Made by a program: the position numbers and the translations under genes. From contig NIVC01000070.1 of assembly GCA_002269645.1 (NCBI GenBank), positions 372,001-436,000 of the forward strand: 64,000 bases of DNA. Reading direction: 5' to 3'. The notes beneath the pieces are model-generated. The model saw nothing but the letters and a program-made list of their open reading frames with translations. It did no database searches and was not told the DNA's origin. Positions 26,757 to 38,931 of this stretch are shown here, in pieces; position 1 is the stretch's first letter, and each line of letters starts with the position of its first letter. This DNA comes from Macrostomum lignano (lineage: Eukaryota).

Positions 26757-27050
26757 ATTGGCTACAGACTCTCCAGCTACAGACTCTACAGCTACAGACT
26801 CTCCAGCTACAGACTCTACAGCTACAGACTCTCCAGCTACAGACTCTACAGCTACAGACTCTCCAGCTACAGACTCTACAGCTACAGACTCTCCAGCTAC
26901 AGACTCTACAGCTACAGACTCTCCAGCTACAGACTCTACAGCTACAGACTCTCCAGCTACAGACTCTCCAGCTACAGACTCTCCAGCTACAGACTCTACA
27001 GCTACAGACCCTACAGCTACAGACTCTACAGCTACAGACTCTACAGCTAG
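26757..27050. repeat. 15-bp minisatellite (AGCTACAGACTCT(A/C)C)
   Basis: About 19 copies, largely alternating CTCC/CTAC variants. Confidence 0.95.
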
Positions 27051-27139
27051 ACTCTGATCCTCAGTTACAATTTTAGCTACTGGTATAGGCGAATCAATCA
27101 AAACCACTTTCCTTAGTTATGCTTAGGTGTCAAGGAACC

Positions 27140-27522
27140 ACTTTATTTTATTTAATATAGTCGTAGAGACAGTGGCCTCGTGCACCCTGGCGCACTTTAA
27201 GCGACATTGTCACACAACTGGCGAGAGGCATTGCTTCCCATTCCGCCGACTCCCCTGAGCAGGCATACAAGCGCGCAGATACGTACGCAGTCATTACGCG
27301 CAGGCACACACTCACACGGGAGTGTACAGCGGCCCTAACTATATTTATCGTTAGACATGTACACTTCACTGTGCCTTGGGGGTTGGCCCTCAATCGCGTT
27401 AATTGCACGAGCAGAGCCAAGCTGAGATTCCAATTGAGCCTTCAACTAATGTGACTGTAGTTGGAATCGAGCCTGGGCCGCTGGCACGCCAGAGCGCAGC
27501 GCCAGACCACTACGGCTCCCAG
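27140..27522 (-). mobile_element. tRNA-derived SINE, second type, copy B (apparently full length)
   Basis: The minus strand begins GGGAGCCGTAGTGGTCTGG (A-box-like), has GGCCCAGGCTCGATTCC (B-box-like) and ends in a TAAATAAATAAA-type tail at ~27155-27142. Homologous to 6476-6745. Confidence 0.8.
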
Positions 27523-27565
27523 AGGCACCGCAATGCAAGCATAATTCGAAAACTGAACACAGCAC

Positions 27566-30367
27566 CTAAACATCCCCCACAGCAACGCAAATCTCTCCGC
27601 TTTCGAGCACCGATCTGAAGCGAGTAACTCGGATTTTCAAATCCTTCAAAGCTGAATTCGCTGGCATCATCAGCAGCCGCTCCAGACAGGCGACCGAGTC
27701 TGGGGCAGACAGGCTCGAGTCAACGCTCACTGAGTCCAGGCTGTGCTTGAGCACGCACTGATCGGCCAACTCGCTGACGACACTCCAGTTAGCGGCTCTG
27801 CTGCCTCCTGACTGCTGACTGAAGTCAGTGGGTTTGATAAGTACATCTGTAATGTAGCTGGCAAACTGAGAGCCATTTCATGGGGCAATCTGGCATCATT
27901 CCACTGTGGAATCTGGCATCATTCCATCATGGAATCTGGCATCATTCCATCATGGAATCTGGCATCATTCCATTGTGGAATCTGGCATCATTCTATCATG
28001 GAATCTGGCATCATTCCATCATGGAATCTGGAATCATTCCATTGTGAAATCTGGCATCATTCTATCATGGAATCTGGCATCATTCCATCATGGAATCTGG
28101 CATCATTCCACTGTGGAATCTGGCATCATTCCATCATGGAATCTGGCATCATTCCATCATGGAATCTGGCATCATTCCATTGTGGAATCTGGCATCATTC
28201 TATCATGGAATCTGGCATCATTCCATCATGGAATCTGGAATCATTCCATTATGGAATCTGGCATCATTCCATCATGGAATCTGGCATCATTCCATCATGG
28301 AATCGGGCATCATTCCATCATGGAATCTGGCATCATTCCATCATGGAATCTGGCATCATTCCATCATGGAATCGGGCATCATTCCATCATGGAATCTGGC
28401 ATAACGTTGACAGAAAAGCGCCTGGCCACACCTGTCAGATGTCGCAGACCGATCACTGCCCATCTCGCTATCGCCGGCATCCAATCGAATCAAGGCTTCG
28501 AGCAGCTGGAAGGCCGGATTCCTGGCCGGCACCACTACCGGCCAGTCCGGCTTGGTAGGCAATCTGGTCACGTGACCGCTGGAGTCTTCCACAGCCACAG
28601 ACAGCTTAGCCAGGTCGTATTTGAATGTTAAATCGAACCGATTAAAGGATTTACGAAATCTCCTGTCCGAATACAGGCGGCGGTACAAGCCGGCCAGTCC
28701 GGACACCAGTCGCAGCAGGCAGGCCTCGTACTCGGCCAGGGTCAACGCGCCGTGCACGCTCGAATGCCTCACAACTCGAGCTCCGTGCAGCAGAATTGAA
28801 ACGGCCCTTTCTAGGCGGCATATTCTATCCAACTGAGGCTTGATTGAGGCCTGAAGTTACAGAAAAACTTTTAGATGCCGATATGTATCGAAAGTAACCT
28901 TATATAGGTGAAAAAATTGTGCTTTCAAAAACTACTTTTCTAAACATATCGATTGTAATTCGATTTGATTTGATTTCAATTTTAAAATGCGCTTAATGCT
29001 ACTTAGAGCCGAAAATTCGCATCTTGCACCACAATAAGAGAAGAGCAGGAGCAAAACATGCTTGACTTGGAAATTTTAAAGTAACTCGCCACCAAAATAG
29101 GCACTCGCATTTTATGGTTTTTTCATACACTGTTTTCACTCAAGAACCCGGCACCCATTCCACTCTGGAACCCGGCACCAGTTCCACTCTGGAACCCGGC
29201 ACCAATTCCACTCTGGAACCCGGCACCAGTTCCACTCTGGTACCCGGCACCAATTCCACTCTGGAACCCGGCAGCAATTCCACTCTGGAACCCGGCACCA
29301 GTTCCACTCTGGAACCCGGCACCAATTCCACTCTGGAACCCGGCACCAGTTCCACTCTGGAACCCGGCACCAGTTCCACACTGGAACTCACATCATCCGG
29401 CAGCAGTGCGGCCAGCCAAGCCTCTGGCACGTCGGCAGGATTCAAAAGCCTGTCGGAGTTCATCACGCCGACACCGGTTTTACCGGGCGCGAACACGACT
29501 CTCCGACCCCTGAGCCGGTCGCCCAGGCCCGGCCGGGTGCTCAGCAGAGTCTCCAGGGCGCTCAGGCTGCGCAGGTAGTGGCCGAGAGTCCAGTCTGACT
29601 GCCACCGAATGCTGGCAGCCCCCGTCCGGTTGGCCAGCACCGCTTCTAACCGGCCGCAGGCGTCCGAGATTTGGTTGGAGCGCGCCGATTTTGAGCGCGC
29701 CTCAGGCGCCACCGAGACCAGCCAGCTTGACAGGTCGCTGCTGGCCGGCCGACCGGCGCTTTTGGGCGACACTGAGCGCCACTGGAATGCAGACTGCGGT
29801 GGCTCTTGGGGCCTGCTGGCTGACTGGGCTGGGGAGAGGGGCAATTGGTGCTGGCATTGCTTGTCGGTTTGTCTGTCCGTCTGTCTGCCTGTCTGTCTGT
29901 CTGCCTGTCTGTCTGTCTGTCTGTCTGTCTGTCTGCCTGTCTGTCTACCAATATGTCTGCCTGCCTGTCTATCTGTCTGCCTGTCCGTCACAGCTCTCAC
30001 CAGCAGCTCCGGTAGAAGCGCTGCCGTCCAGCTGTCCGAGAATCTGCCTCACAGAATCGTCCAACCGGCCGCTGCTGGCCGTCACGCTGAGAGTCGCGGC
30101 CTCCCCGGAAGCGCCGGCCCGTTTCAAAAAGAACTGAAATGAGTGACGGGAGCCGCGAACCACCCGGCCCTGACTGAGGTCGCTCAGCAGCAGGTGCAGG
30201 CGCTGCAGGGAAGCCAAGTTCACCGCCTGCAGCTTCGGCTCGGTCTCGAACAGATCCGGGTGCACCGCCTGCAGCAGCGGCTTCAGCGATTTCAGCGCCT
30301 TCGAGTAGGTCATGCAGCAGCGGCGGCAGGTTCGCAGCGCCAAGTTCGGAGTGTTGGCGAGCAGCAT
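27566..30367 (-). CDS. TCAIM: TCAIM-like (T-cell activation inhibitor, mitochondrial; DUF4460/DUF4461), ~509 aa; exons 30367-30001, 29828-29392, 28850-28406, ~27846-27566
   Basis: ALKSLKPLLQAVHPDLFETEPKLQAVNLASLQRL matches the DUF4460 motif (ALRPFYFAVHPDFF..NE.SLKRL). Also LSSWL, W..DWTLGHYLRSL and C-terminal CLERLL..LKDLKI....SVLESGEICV. The Arg-rich N-terminus fits a mitochondrial presequence. Phases are consistent. The last acceptor and the start codon are less certain; an acceptor at 30395 lies just upstream. Confidence 0.8.
27890..28400. repeat. 23-bp minisatellite (GGAATCTGGCATCATTCCATCAT); TCAIM intron 3
   Basis: About 22 copies, filling almost the entire intron. Confidence 0.95.
29135..29388. 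repeat. 24-bp minisatellite (GAACCCGGCACCAGTTCCACTCTG); TCAIM intron 2
   Basis: About 10 copies starting right after the donor at 29391. Confidence 0.95.
29866..29990. repeat. (TGTC)n/(GACA)n microsatellite; TCAIM intron 1
   Basis: About 30 imperfect tetramers. Confidence 0.93.
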
Positions 30368-30554
30368 CAGAGCGCCATTGGCTGGGTGCCAACACTGCAG
30401 CGGATTTGTGTTTATGCGTGTGTTTATTAGACAGCTAGAACTCAGCTTGCTGTGTCTCTTTATCAAATCTGTCAGTGCACCAACTCTGTTCTCAGTGAGC
30501 AGCAAACTGTCTCTGACCAGTGCTACCTCAGTGTCTCTCTTCCTAATCATTTAC

Positions 30555-31000
30555 CCCCTCTCCCTGTCCCTGTTCACCCTCTCTCCCTGTCCCTGTTCAC
30601 CCTCTCTCCCTGTCCCTGTTCACCCTCTCCCTGTCCCTGTTCACCCTCTCTCCCTGTCCCTGTTCACCCTCTCTCCCTGTCCCTGTTCACCCTCTCTCCC
30701 TGTCCCTGTTCACCCTCTCCCTGTCCCTGTTCACCCTCTCTCCCTGTCCCTGTTCACCCTCTCTCCCTGTCCCTGTTCACCCTCTCCCTGTCCCTGTTCA
30801 CCCTCTCTCCCTGTCCCTGTTCACCCTCTCTCCCTGTCCCTGTTCACCCTCTCTCCCTGTCCCTGTTCACCCTCTCTCCCTGTCCCTGTTCACCCTCTCT
30901 CCCTGTCCCTGTTCACCCTCTCTCCCTGTCCCTGTTCACCCTCTCTCCCTGTCCCTGTTCACCCTCTCTCCCTGTCCCTGTTCACCCTCTCTACCTGTCC
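30555..31000. repeat. 23/21-bp pyrimidine-rich minisatellite (CCCTGTCCCTGTTCACCCTCTCT)
   Basis: About 20 copies upstream of TCAIM. Confidence 0.95.
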
Positions 31001-31349
31001 CTTCATCCTCTCTCCCCACCATCTCTATCACTTCCCGCACATGGTCCATAAGCTGTCAGCTCAAAAGTAGCAAAAACAAAAATGAATGAGTATCTATAGC
31101 GGACGCAAAACCATTAACACGACAAAACGATTTATGATATAATGAAGCCTGTGAACTTATTATTCTCCTTGCTTCACCACCGATGTAGGAGCGGACATTT
31201 TACATGTATATTAGGTTCTCAATAATATTTCGCACTGCTGACACGCCACGGACAAAAAATGTCGAAAAAAGCAAGCGACCAACAAAAATTACACCAACGG
31301 AGAATGCAGAAATCTCTGGTAATCTTTTAATAAGCAGTCAACACCTGTG

Positions 31350-32810
31350 ATTTTTCAGGCAGTCACCAACGCCTGAATCTTCAGGCAGTCACCAACCCCT
31401 GATCTGAATCTTCAGGTGGTCACCAACCTCTGAATCTTCAGGCAGTCACCAATCCCTGAATCTTCAGGCAGTCACCAACCCCTGATCTGAATCTTCAGGC
31501 AGTCACCAACCTCTGATCTGAATCTTCAGGCAGTCACCAACCTCTGATCTGAATCTTCAGGCAGTCACCAACCTCTGATCTGAATCTTCAGGCAGTCACC
31601 AACCTCTGATCTGAATCTTCAGGCAGTCACCAACCTCTGATCTGAATCTTCAGGCAGTCACCAACCCCTGATCTGAATCTTCAGGCAGTCACCAACCCCT
31701 GATCTGAATCTTCAGGCAGTCACCAACCTCTGATCTGAATCTTCAGGCAGTCACCAACCCCTGATCTGAATCTTCAGGCAGTCACCAACCTCTGATCTGA
31801 ATCTTCAGGCAGTCACCAACCTCTGATCTGAATCTTCAGGCAGTCACCAACCTCTGATCTGAATCTTCAGGCAGTCACCAACCTCTGATCTGAATCTTCA
31901 GGCAGTCACCAACCCCTGATCTGAATCTTCAGGCAGTCACCAACCCCTGATCTGAATCTTCAGGCAGTCACCAATCCCTGATCTGAATCTTCAGGCAGTC
32001 ACCAACCCCTGATCTGAATCTTCAGGCAGTCACCAACCCCTGATCTGAATCTTCAGGCAGTCACCAATCCCTGATCTGAATCTTCAGGCAGTCACCAACC
32101 CCTGATCTGAATCTTCAGGCAGTCACCAACCCCTGATCTGAATCTTCAGGTGGTCACCAACCTCTGAATCTTCAGGCAGTCACCAATCCCTGAATCTTCA
32201 GGCAGTCACCAATCCCCGAATCTTCAGGCAGTCACCAATCCCCGAATCTTCAGGCAGTCACCAATCCCTGATCTGAATCTTCAGGCAGTCACCAACGTCT
32301 GATCTGAATCTTCAGGCAGTCACCAACCCCTGATCTGAATCTTCAGGCAGTCACCAACCCCTGATCTGAATCTTCAGGTGGTCACCAACACTGAATCTTC
32401 AGGCAGTCACCAAACGGAAACCTGATTCTTCAGGCAGTCACCAAACCTGATTCTTCAGGCAGTCACCAAACCTGATTCTTCAGGCAGTCACCAAACCTGA
32501 TTCTTCAGGCAGTCACCAAACCTGATTCTTCAGGCAGTCACCAAACCTGATTCTTCAGGCAGTCACCAAACGGAAACCTGATTCTTCAGGCAGTCACCAA
32601 ACGGAAACCTGATTCTTCAGGCAGTCACCAAACCTGATTCTTCAGGCAGTCACCAAACCTGATTCTTCAGGCAGTCACCAAACCTGATTCTTCGGGCAGT
32701 CACCAAACCTGATTCTTCAGGCAGTCACCAAACGGAAACCTGATTCTTCGGGCAGTCACCAAACCTGATTCTTCAGGCAGTCACCAACACTGAATCTTCA
32801 GGGTGGGGTA
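31350..32810. repeat. Minisatellite with 31-bp (TCTTCAGGCAGTCACCAACCCCTGATCTGAA) then 25-bp (TTCTTCAGGCAGTCACCAAACCTGA) units
   Basis: Periods measured at 31501/31532 and 32461/32486. Confidence 0.95.
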
Positions 32811-33444
32811 AGTCACCACTCCCCATTAAAGGAGGAAACAGAAGTAAATAAAATAATAAATCATATTAAAACGAAAATATAGCTTTGAAGCATTGATATC
32901 TAACGACAAAACAGTAAGCAGACAAAGTGTAAGATAAGATATGAAAATATGAAAATAACTTCAACACACTTTAAATTATACTGAGAGATGAAATGTTTTT
33001 ACAGAATGCGAGCAGATATCATTGCTTAGGTCAGGCATCACTTTTAGCAACACCAACAAGAGTCGATGACAGCGAACGAAAACAATTAACGAACACCAGA
33101 AAATATGAGTATGATTAATGAGTTCTCTGAAGCATTGTATTTGCTTGAATTATAGTTTGGACTGTGACATTTTAGCAGTATTTTATCAACTAAGAAATTT
33201 TTAAAACGATAAAGTTCCAATCAGTCTAATTTGTCTTATGCTTAATAAGGCATGTCAGACTGATAAGACTAAATAGCGCCGAACAGCAGGGATAAGCATC
33301 AGGGGGACACCAACAACAGGCGGATAAAATATTTGCAAAATAACCTGGATAAGTAATTACCTCTTATTAAACTCGATATTATTATTGAATAGCAGCACCG
33401 CTACTTGTATGCAGGAAAAGCAAAATAAAACTCGAATGAAAAGG

Positions 33445-33975
<531 letters not shown>

Positions 33976-34148
33976 ACACAGAAGGTTAAAGATTAAAAAC
34001 GGCAGAGCCCAAAAGAAAAAAGCAAAGCCAGACAAATCAGCAATCACTTAGCCAATCCAGACACACAGATTCCTCAGAGCTTGCAGCTACCAACATCTCG
34101 GCAATGAGCAGCCAGAGAGCAGCCAGAGAGCACAACAGACAACAAAGG

Positions 34149-36613
34149 TCACCGAATAGCCGCGGGATTCCAGCAGAAGTGCTGTCCGCAGTCCAAAGCG
34201 GCCAGAGCCGAGTGCACCTCATCGGGCAGCGGGCTGAGCCGCAGCACAGCCTCGGCGTTCTCAGCAATATGAGCCGGCCGGATGGACTTCGGCAGCGCTC
34301 CGATGCCCAAATCCGCAGCCCAGCGGAGCAGCAGTTGAGCAGGCGAACAGCCGGCAGTTTGAGCACAGCTGAGCACAGTGGGATGCTGCATCAGCTGCTG
34401 ACAGTAGTCTGTGCTGCCCAGCGAGCTGTAGGCTTGGAAATGGATGCCCTGATTGGCGCAGTAGTCGCGCAGGTCGCGGCGCTGCAGCATCGGATGGCAC
34501 TCGGTCTGCAGCACGGCGCAGGGCGTCTTGGCGTAGCGGCGCAGCTCCTCGAGATGGTGCAGCTCGTAGTTGCTGACGCCGATGTGGCGCAGCTTGCCAG
34601 CAGATTGCAGCTCTTCGAGGGCGCGCCAGCTCTCGCGGCGGAGCTCCGCCTGCTTCGGGTCGCTGTGGCGGAGGCCCTGCGGAGTTGAAAGTAGCTGAGA
34701 TAATGAGGACGCCAGTCTGAGATAATGAGGATGCCATTCTGAGATAATGAGGACGCCAGTCTGAGATAATGAGGATGCCAGTCTGAGATAATGAGGATGC
34801 CATTCTGAGATAATGAGGATGCCAGTCTGAGATAATGAGGATGCCATTCTGAGATAATGAGGATGCCATTCTGAGATAATGAGGACGCCAGTCTGAGATA
34901 ATGAGGACGCCAGTCTGAGATAATGAGGATGCCATTCTGAGATAATGAGGATGCCATTCTGAGATAATGAGGACGCCAGTCTGAGATAATGAGGACGCCA
35001 GTCTGAGATAATGAGGATGCCAGTCTGAGATAATGAGGATGCCATTCTGAGATAATGAGGATGCCAGTCTGAGATAATGAGGATGCCAGTCTGAGATAAT
35101 GAGGATGCCATTCTGAGATAATGAGGTCCAGAAGCAATATGAAATAATTTATAATACACTATTATCATACAGTACACTATATTACGCTCGTACAATGCAG
35201 TTGTAGACTGGCTTGTGGGTGCGCGTGCACTTAGATGTGCACGTCTGGCTGGTTTGGGGGTTGGGGTTTAGCGCTGCAGCGTGTGCGTGCTTAGGGTGGT
35301 TACACCCACCCCAACTTTGGCATCAAATATATTGGCGTGAGCCAGTGAGGTCTTCTCACGGTTTGTTATTCACTGCAATTTAACCCACGGTCTTACACAG
35401 TACAATACAGTACACTAAAGTACTTGTTAATCAGTACACATCGCTCACCTGAACTCCGGGCCAATGGATCAAATACAAATCCAGATAATTGCACCGAAGC
35501 TTCTGAATGCTCTGCAGACAGGCCTTCTTAGCCGCCTCATAGCCCTGATGGCTGGGCGCCAGTTTGCTAGTGATAAACAGCTGCTCCCTACTCAGGCCGT
35601 GCCGCTGCACCAGCCCGTCGGGTCCGTCGAACAGAGCGGACCCGATCTCGGCCTCGTTCCGGTAGACTCCGGCTGTGTCGATGCCGCGATAGCCGGCGCC
35701 CAAAGCCGCGTCCAAACAGGCGTCGATCACGTCGAAGCCGCGAATACGGAACGTGCCGACTGTTTGAATGCACGAGATTGGCTATTTTGTAGCTTTTGTA
35801 GCTATCTGAGTTGTTCAGCCTCAAAACACAAATCATACTACTTAGTAGCAAGGAAAAGGCTTTCAAAATGATGTTTTATGCTGAACAATTATTTGGCTAT
35901 TGTTGAGTACAAGCTTTGGCTATTCTCTCTACATGTAGAGAGACAGAAGTCTATAAGAGATTCCCGAGCTGATGGGGGGGGGAGATTCTCAAGCTGATGT
36001 AGGGGGAGATTCTCAAGCCGATGTAGGGGGAGATTCTCAAGCTGATGGACGGGGGATTCCCAAGCTGATGTAGGGGGAGATTCCCAAGCTGATGGACGGG
36101 GGATTCTCAAGCTGATGTAGGGGGAGATTCCCAAGCTGATGGACGGGGGATTCTCAAGCCGATGTAGGGGGAGAATCCCAAGCTGATGGACGGGGGATTA
36201 AGCTAATGTAGAGGGAGATTCCCAAGCTGATGGACAAGGGGGATTCTCAAGCCGATGGAGGGGAGATTCTCAAGCCGATGTAGGGGGAGAATCCCAAGCT
36301 GATGGACGGGGGATTCTCAAGCCGATGTAGGGGGAGATTCTCAAGCCGATGTAGGGGGAGATTCTCAAGCCGATGGAGGAGAGGTTCTCAACCTGATGGG
36401 AGGAGATTCTCAAGCTGATAGATGGGAGATTCTGGGAGTGAATTGAAAAGTACAAGGCGTGATAGTTAATGTACACAAGAGAACTTTTTTAACCGCGTGA
36501 CGCCAACCAGTTATTATTTTAAACTCACGAAACAGCGTAGGGATTTTATCCCCATTGTACAGCCGAGCCCAGCCCGGGGCGTTGGGCTCGCTGCTCTCAC
36601 GTTGAGACGCCAT
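34149..36613 (-). CDS. Aldo-keto reductase, ~313 aa; exons 36613-36529, 35759-35449, 34694-34149
   Basis: LYNGDKIPTLFLGTF, GYRGIDTAGVYRNEAEIG (catalytic D, Y), LFITSKL (K), YLDLYLIHWP (H), GKLRHIGVSNY, FQAYSSLG, PAQLLLRW, LPKS..PAHIAEN. GT-AG introns in phases 1 and 0; 942 nt. Confidence 0.93.
34695..35130. repeat. 22-bp minisatellite (TGAGATAATGAGGATGCCAGTC); AKR intron 2, abutting the acceptor
   Basis: About 20 copies; the last unit supplies the true acceptor TATCTCAG|. Confidence 0.95.
35965..36430. repeat. Alternating 24/23-bp minisatellite (GGGGGAGATTC(T/C)CAAGCTGATG(TA/GAC)); AKR intron 1
   Basis: CAAGCTGATG at 36061, 36085 and 36108. Confidence 0.9.
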
Positions 36614-36819
36614 GGCGGTAAAAAGGTGCTTAAAAGGTATTTCGTTTAATAGCAGGGCTTTGGCTAAACTGACTTTGACACTCACTGGCCGCGTTGAAGC
36701 ATGCAACAATTAGGATTAACAAAGACTGGCAATATTTTAGGTTCTTTTGTCTTTTATCTACTGTGTTCAAACAGAATTTGCATGTATTTTTACGTGCGAA
36801 AGGGCCATTAGTTCACCAA

Positions 36820-37385
36820 GATGTTTGGGGGAGGCTGACCCAGCAACTGAGGATCTGGGAGGCTGGCCCAGAAACTGAGGATCTGGGAGGCTGGCCCAGA
36901 AACTGAGGATCTGGGAGGCTGGCCCAGCAACTGAGGATCTGGGAGGCTGGCCCAGAAACTGAGGATCTGGGAGGCTGGCCCAGAAACTTAGGATCTGGGA
37001 GGCTGACCCAGCAACTGAGGATCTGGGAGGCTGACCCAGCAACTGAGGATCTGGGAGGCTGGCCAGCAACTGAGGATCTGGGAGGCTGGCCCAGCAACTG
37101 AGGATCTGGGAGGCTGGCCCAGCAACTGAGGATCTGGGAGGCTGGCCCAGCAACTGAGGATCTGGGAGGCTGGCCCAGCAACTGAGGATCTGGGAGGCTG
37201 GCCCAGCAACTGAGGATCTGGGAGGCTGGCCCAGAAACTGAGGATCTGGGAGGCTGGCCCAGCAACTGAGGATCTGGGAGGCTGGCCAAGCAACTGAGGA
37301 TCTGGGAGGCTGGCCCAGCAACTGGGGATCTGGGAGGCTGGCCCAGCAACTGAGGATCTGAGAGGCTGGCCCAGCAACTGAGACT
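36820..37385. repeat. 28-bp minisatellite (CCCAGCAACTGAGGATCTGGGAGGCTGG)
   Basis: About 20 copies between MAEA and AKR. Confidence 0.95.
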
Positions 37386-38012
37386 ACTATTCAAAGCACG
37401 GAGAGCAAACAAAATGACAAAGACTACAATGCCACCTTCAAGCAATGCGAGGCATGGCATATAATTTATTCATACTTTTGTTAATAATCAAGATTGCGAA
37501 AGAAAACTTTAATCAATTTTACATATATAGTGTCTTACTAATGGAAACAAAAGTATAACTGTACTGTGTAGTTAACCTTATTGTAGAAATCATAGCACAG
37601 ATTTTAGTGAGTAGTGGAAGCTATTACAAGCAACTCACACTGGCCTCTTGCTTTAAAGTAAATATACATGTATGTACACGAAAAAATTGGTTAGCGAATA
37701 GTATAGCGATAAATATGCTTGCAAGTTAAACAAATCTTTAATAGGCTAAGAAAATTAAACGAAATGAATTCAATAGCGCAGCAATGCGATGAAACAAACG
37801 ATACACTCTGTTTAACGTAACGAAATAACAGCATTAGCTAATTTTTCTATTCAGTTAAAACAAATTAAAGAAAATTGATTTAAAAAGAACAGTATAATCT
37901 TTTTTGGCCATGTACGAGTAATTGAAATCCAGACAGGATTAGCATGGGTTTATATACGAGCCGTAGCCCGTAGGTAAATAGGTAAATAAGCTAGGCTTTA
38001 TGCTGGTTAAGT

Positions 38013-38425
38013 TTAGGTAAGTAGGTAGGTAAAGCAAGTAGGTAGATCAATACGTATATAAGGTAGTTCAGTAGGTAGACAAGGTAGTTCAGTAGGTAGA
38101 TAAGGTAGTTCAGTAGGTAGATAAGGTAGTTCAGTAGGTAGATAAGGTAGTTCAGTAGGTAGATAAGGTAGGTAAGTATGTAAATATGGTAAGTAGATAA
38201 GGTAGGTGAATAGGTAGATAAGGTAGGTCAATATGTAGATAAGGTAGGTCAATAGGTAGATAAGGTGGGTCAATAGGTAGATAAGGTAGGTCAATAGGTA
38301 GATAAGGTAGGTCAATAGGTAGATAAGGTAGGTCAATAGGTAGATAAGGGTAGGTGAGTATGTAGATAAGGTAGGTGAATAGGTAGATAAGGTAGGTCAA
38401 TATGTAGATAAGGTAGGCAGCGAAT
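38013..38425. repeat. 21-bp minisatellite (AGGTAGATAAGGTAGGTCAAT and variants)
   Basis: About 19 copies downstream of the MAEA stop. Confidence 0.9.
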
Positions 38426-38931
38426 TAGATAAGGTAGATAGGCCGATACGTAGTATAAAATAGGTTAGGATAGTTAATTAGTCAGCAGGTGAATTGATAC
38501 ACAAATTGTAGGCTAAGTGTATTCACACGTATCTGATGGGTAGGTAAGAAAGTAGACAGGTATGTTGCTAAATATTTCTTGCTAAACAGTGAAATACTGA
38601 AGTATGTTAAATACGATAAAAACTCAACAAACAATATCTAAACACTTCTAAGGTACTGCGATTCGAAGGAATAGTATATATTATATTATAGTGAAAAGTA
38701 AACAATGCCACACTAATGCTAAGCAAATATAAAAGTCAACATTAAGGTGAGGTTGAGTAGGTAACGCAGGTCATTTAATGCACAAGTAGTAGGCACACAC
38801 ATATGGTAGATTCAACTCAGTAGAAATCATTTCTCATTGTCTGCAAATGAAACACAGTTTGGTAAATTGAAGCGATAACTTTTCTCGCCTAGGTGGATAT
38901 CATTAAACATCTGCTGCAAAGCTGGCCGGCA

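Noticed and set aside
26544-27107. ORFs with SYRLY / ATDSP / VESVA repeats (antifreeze- or mucin-like appearance)
   Set aside because: Translations of a 15-bp tandem repeat on both strands; no splice or domain support.
27906-28631. MESGIIPSWNLASFHHGIWHHS repeat ORFs
   Set aside because: Antisense translation of the 23-bp array in TCAIM intron 3.
34104-34688. 194-aa plus-strand ORF (and similar ORFs opposite IFT70, TCAIM and MAEA exons)
   Set aside because: Antisense shadows of GC-rich coding exons.
36767-37460. LGQPPRSSVAGPASQ repeat ORFs
   Set aside because: 28-bp minisatellite read-through.
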